Made by a program: the position numbers and the translations under genes. Source: Macrostomum lignano (taxonomy: Eukaryota). From it: DNA of 64,000 nt. Numbering within the stretch: the first letter of the stretch is position 1; every line of letters begins with the position of its first letter. A model generated the notes under the pieces. It saw nothing but the letters and a program-made list of their open reading frames with translations. It made no database searches and had not been told where the DNA came from. The stretch covers positions 332,415 through 396,414 of the forward strand of contig NIVC01000976.1 in the NCBI GenBank assembly GCA_002269645.1, written 5' to 3'. This document shows positions 61,176 through 64,000 of this stretch, piece by piece.

Positions 61176-62003
61176 AGTTTTCTTGGCGTTAAAAAGCTTT
61201 AATTAAAAAACTCTACTCTCTAAAATTCGAACCATCGTTTCTGCATTTAGCAGTTCAGTCTGTTTACCTCTAGGCTAGCTCTCATCGTTTTGATAACATG
61301 AATTCAGCACTTATAATTATAAGTTTCAAAACTCCAAGCATAGAGTAAATCACACGAGGCAGTTATTACATAATCAATTTCTCAGTCAGTCAGTATCAGT
61401 TAACAATATGGTTGCGCAATCTAAATCAAGTCTGGTGCTACGCTTCCACACTGCATTTTCAATACTGTGACGCAATTCAATTCGGAGTTACAATTCAGTT
61501 ATGATGTAATCCATTTCAGAATCAGAATTCAACCAGTCAGTTTTTTCTCTAGCATTCTTACAATGCATTTCAAGTCGAAAAGTTTGCTTGACCTTTGCAA
61601 AAAAGCATGTTTTTCGAATATTTAATCGCTTTAACATGGAGCAATTTCTTAGCCAAGATGCATGTACCGTCCCAGGAAAATTTCTGATCGAACAGTGCAA
61701 GTCTCATGAAAATCGGTCCAGCCATTTTTTCTCTAATCGATTGCGTACAAACAAACAACTCATTTTTAGTATATAGGACTAGCAATCTACGCCCCCCGTT
61801 GGGGAGCCAAAGAAATGCAATACACGTTTTTTTAATAAACTACATGTATCCTTGAAATCTTAAAAAATCTCCTGTCAAACCTTGTAAGCCTTGACATGTC
61901 AGTAATTCCCCCCCCCCACAAGCTTTAACATATCAACTTCCCCCTTGACATCTCAGCAATGCCCCAAATAAGCCTTGGAAATCTAAAAATATCTGTCAAC
62001 CTT

Positions 62004-62065
62004 CTAACCCTAACCCTAGCCTAACCCTAACCCTAACCCTAACCCTAACCCTAACCTAACCCTAA
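62004..62065. repeat. Interstitial telomere-like (CCCTAA)n tract, ~10 units
   Basis: Homologous position in copy 3. Confidence 0.9.
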
Positions 62066-62874
62066 AGCATTGAAATTTCAGTAATTCTCTCTAAGAGTCA
62101 TTATAGCACTACTACAGCATTATAGCGATTCCCTGCAAGCCTCGACATCGTAGAGATTCCCAAATGAATCTCTTAACTTCGACATGAAGCTTATTTTATT
62201 TTTTACATTACGCTTTTTTTATCAGCGATCCCTCCCAGAGGAGGCATCAAATAATGTAATAAAAAGTTTTCAATAAACTACATGTAGCTTCTGACTTTAG
62301 CCTTGAAATCTCATTTATACCCCGTGAACCTTGACATCTCAGATATTCCCCCCGTAAGTCTTAACATGTCAGCGATGGCCCCATAAACCTTGAAATCTAA
62401 AAATCCCGTTATTCTGTTAACCTTGAAATCCGATAAAATATAACCCTCAACCCACACCTGACCTAAACCTAACTTTAACCCAACCTAAAGCCTTGAAATC
62501 TCAGCAATTCTTCTCCCCTAAGCCTTGACATTTTAGTGATTCCTTCTTTAAGAATCACAGCACTATAACGATTTCCTCCAAGCTTTGACATCGTAGCAAT
62601 TCCCAAATGAATCTTTTAACTTCGACATGACTTTTCTTTTATGTATACGTAGTGCTACTTTTATTTTTTACATGACTCTTCTTCTATCAGCGCCCCCCCC
62701 GTGGCGAGCCAACAAATAATGCAATAAAAAATTGAGTAAAGTACATGACTTTGAATTAGCTTCTGACTTTTGCTTTGACATCTCAGAACCCCCCCCCCCG
62801 TAATCTCAGTTATTCTCTGAGAGCCTTTACGTCTCAGTTTTTCTCCCCAGCACAGCATTATAGCTGCATTTAAT

Positions 62875-64000
62875 TTTTACATGACACCTTCATGTCTGAC
62901 ATGACGCTTCTTTTATTCTACATGATGCTTCTTAATTTTTTAAATGACACTTTCATTAGTTTTTAATGAGGCTCTATGATTTTTTCATGACGCTTCTATG
63001 ATTTTTACATGACACTTCTATGATTTTTATATGACGCTTCTATGATTGTTTATATGACGCTTCTATGATTTTTACATGACGCTTCTATGATTTTTTACAT
63101 AACGCTTCCATGATTGTTTACATGACGCTTCTATGATTGTTTACATGACGCTTCTATGATTTTTTAAATGACGCTTCTATGATTATTTCATGACGCTTCT
63201 ACGATTTCTGCAGGACGCTTCAATGATTTTTACATGCGCTTTATGATTTTTACATGACGCTTCTATGATTGTTTACATGACGCTTCTATGATTGTTTATG
63301 ACGCTTCTATGATTTTTACATGACGCTTCTATGCTTTTTACATGACGCTTCTATGATTGTTTACATGACGCTTCTATGATTGTTTTCATGACGCTTCTAT
63401 GATTGTTTACATGACGCTTCTATGATTGTTTACATGACGCTTCTATGATTGTTTTCATGACGCTTCTATGATTGTTTATACGACGCTTCTATGATTTTTA
63501 CATGACGCTTCTATGCTTTTTACATGACGCTTCTATGATTTTTACATGACGCTTCTATGATTGTTTCATGACGCTTCTATGATTGTTTACATGACGCTTC
63601 TATGATTTTTACATGACGCTTCTATGATTGTTTACATGACGCTTCTATGATTGTTTATACGACCTTCTATGATTTTTACATGACGCTTCTATGATTTTTA
63701 CATGACGCTTCTATGATTGTTTACATGACGCTTCTATGATTGTTTACATGACGCTTCTATGATTTTTTTACATGGCGCTTCTATGATTGTTTACATGACG
63801 CTTCTATGATTGTTTACATGACGCTTCTATGATTGTTTACATGACGCTTCCATGATTTTTTACATGACGCTTCTATGATTGTTTACATGACGCTTCTATG
63901 ATTGTTTACATGACGCTTCTATGATTGTTTACATGACGCTTCTATGATTGTTTACATGACGCTTCTATGATTTTTATGACGCTTCTATGATTGTTTACAT
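62875..64000. repeat. 22/23-bp minisatellite, more than 45 copies, truncated by the window end
   Basis: Same unit inside copy 3. Confidence 0.97.

Larger units (their letters stand above)
58848..61313 (-). mobile_element. Non-autonomous Helitron-like element, copy 2 (2466 bp), head-to-tail with copy 1
   Basis: Same termini; the dimer is flanked by A (61314) and T (56446) on the minus strand, the canonical Helitron A|T target. Confidence 0.8.
61779..64000 (-). mobile_element. Non-autonomous Helitron-like element, copy 3 (runs off the window)
   Basis: Same hairpin-CTAG|T end at 61779 and colinear with copies 1 and 2. Confidence 0.8.

Noticed and set aside
56669-62065. True chromosome end
   Set aside because: The CCCTAA tracts are only 30-60 bp, internal, and repeated at a fixed position in a dispersed element.
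57243-62858. Duplicated ORFs MLCWEEKLRRKG.. / MLCWGEKLRRKG..
   Set aside because: Short, no motif, TTG/CTG-type starts, and disrupted in copy 2; chance ORFs in the repeat.

Overview
Intron-rich, repeat-rich animal (eukaryotic) genomic DNA with spliceosomal GT-AG introns, SINEs, MITEs and microsatellites. It resembles a free-living flatworm or other lophotrochozoan, but that is inference only; there are no prokaryotic operons or CRISPR arrays. Host genes reconstructed by hand from splice sites: (1) a 2-exon GT31 beta-1,3-glycosyltransferase with a GC-AG intron (1911-3222, +); (2) a 7-exon (plus an unlocated first exon) type I membrane protein with two 8-Cys SUEL/Gal-lectin-like domains, a TM helix and a PDZ-type tail, EVA-1-like (11876-21335, -); (3) an intronless LRR/mucin-stalk/TM protein (26347-27882, -); (4,5) a tandem pair of 7-exon Cys-loop anion-channel subunits (29875-39506 and 42752-50513, -); (6) a DEG/ENaC N-terminal exon with an in-frame stop (55921-56428, +). 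Mobile DNA: a decayed Helitron PIF1 helicase; a frameshifted Ngaro-type tyrosine-recombinase retrotransposon inside an intron of channel gene A, with a 5'-truncated LOA-like LINE splitting its recombinase; tRNA-derived SINEs (one nested in another); several MITEs; and a foldback built from CCATAGAC/GTCTATGG-ended units. The last 7.5 kb are three ~2.4-kb non-autonomous Helitron-like elements (minus strand, hairpin + CTAG 3' end, A|T target, two fused head-to-tail). Each carries a 22/23-bp minisatellite and short telomere-like (CCCTAA)n tracts.
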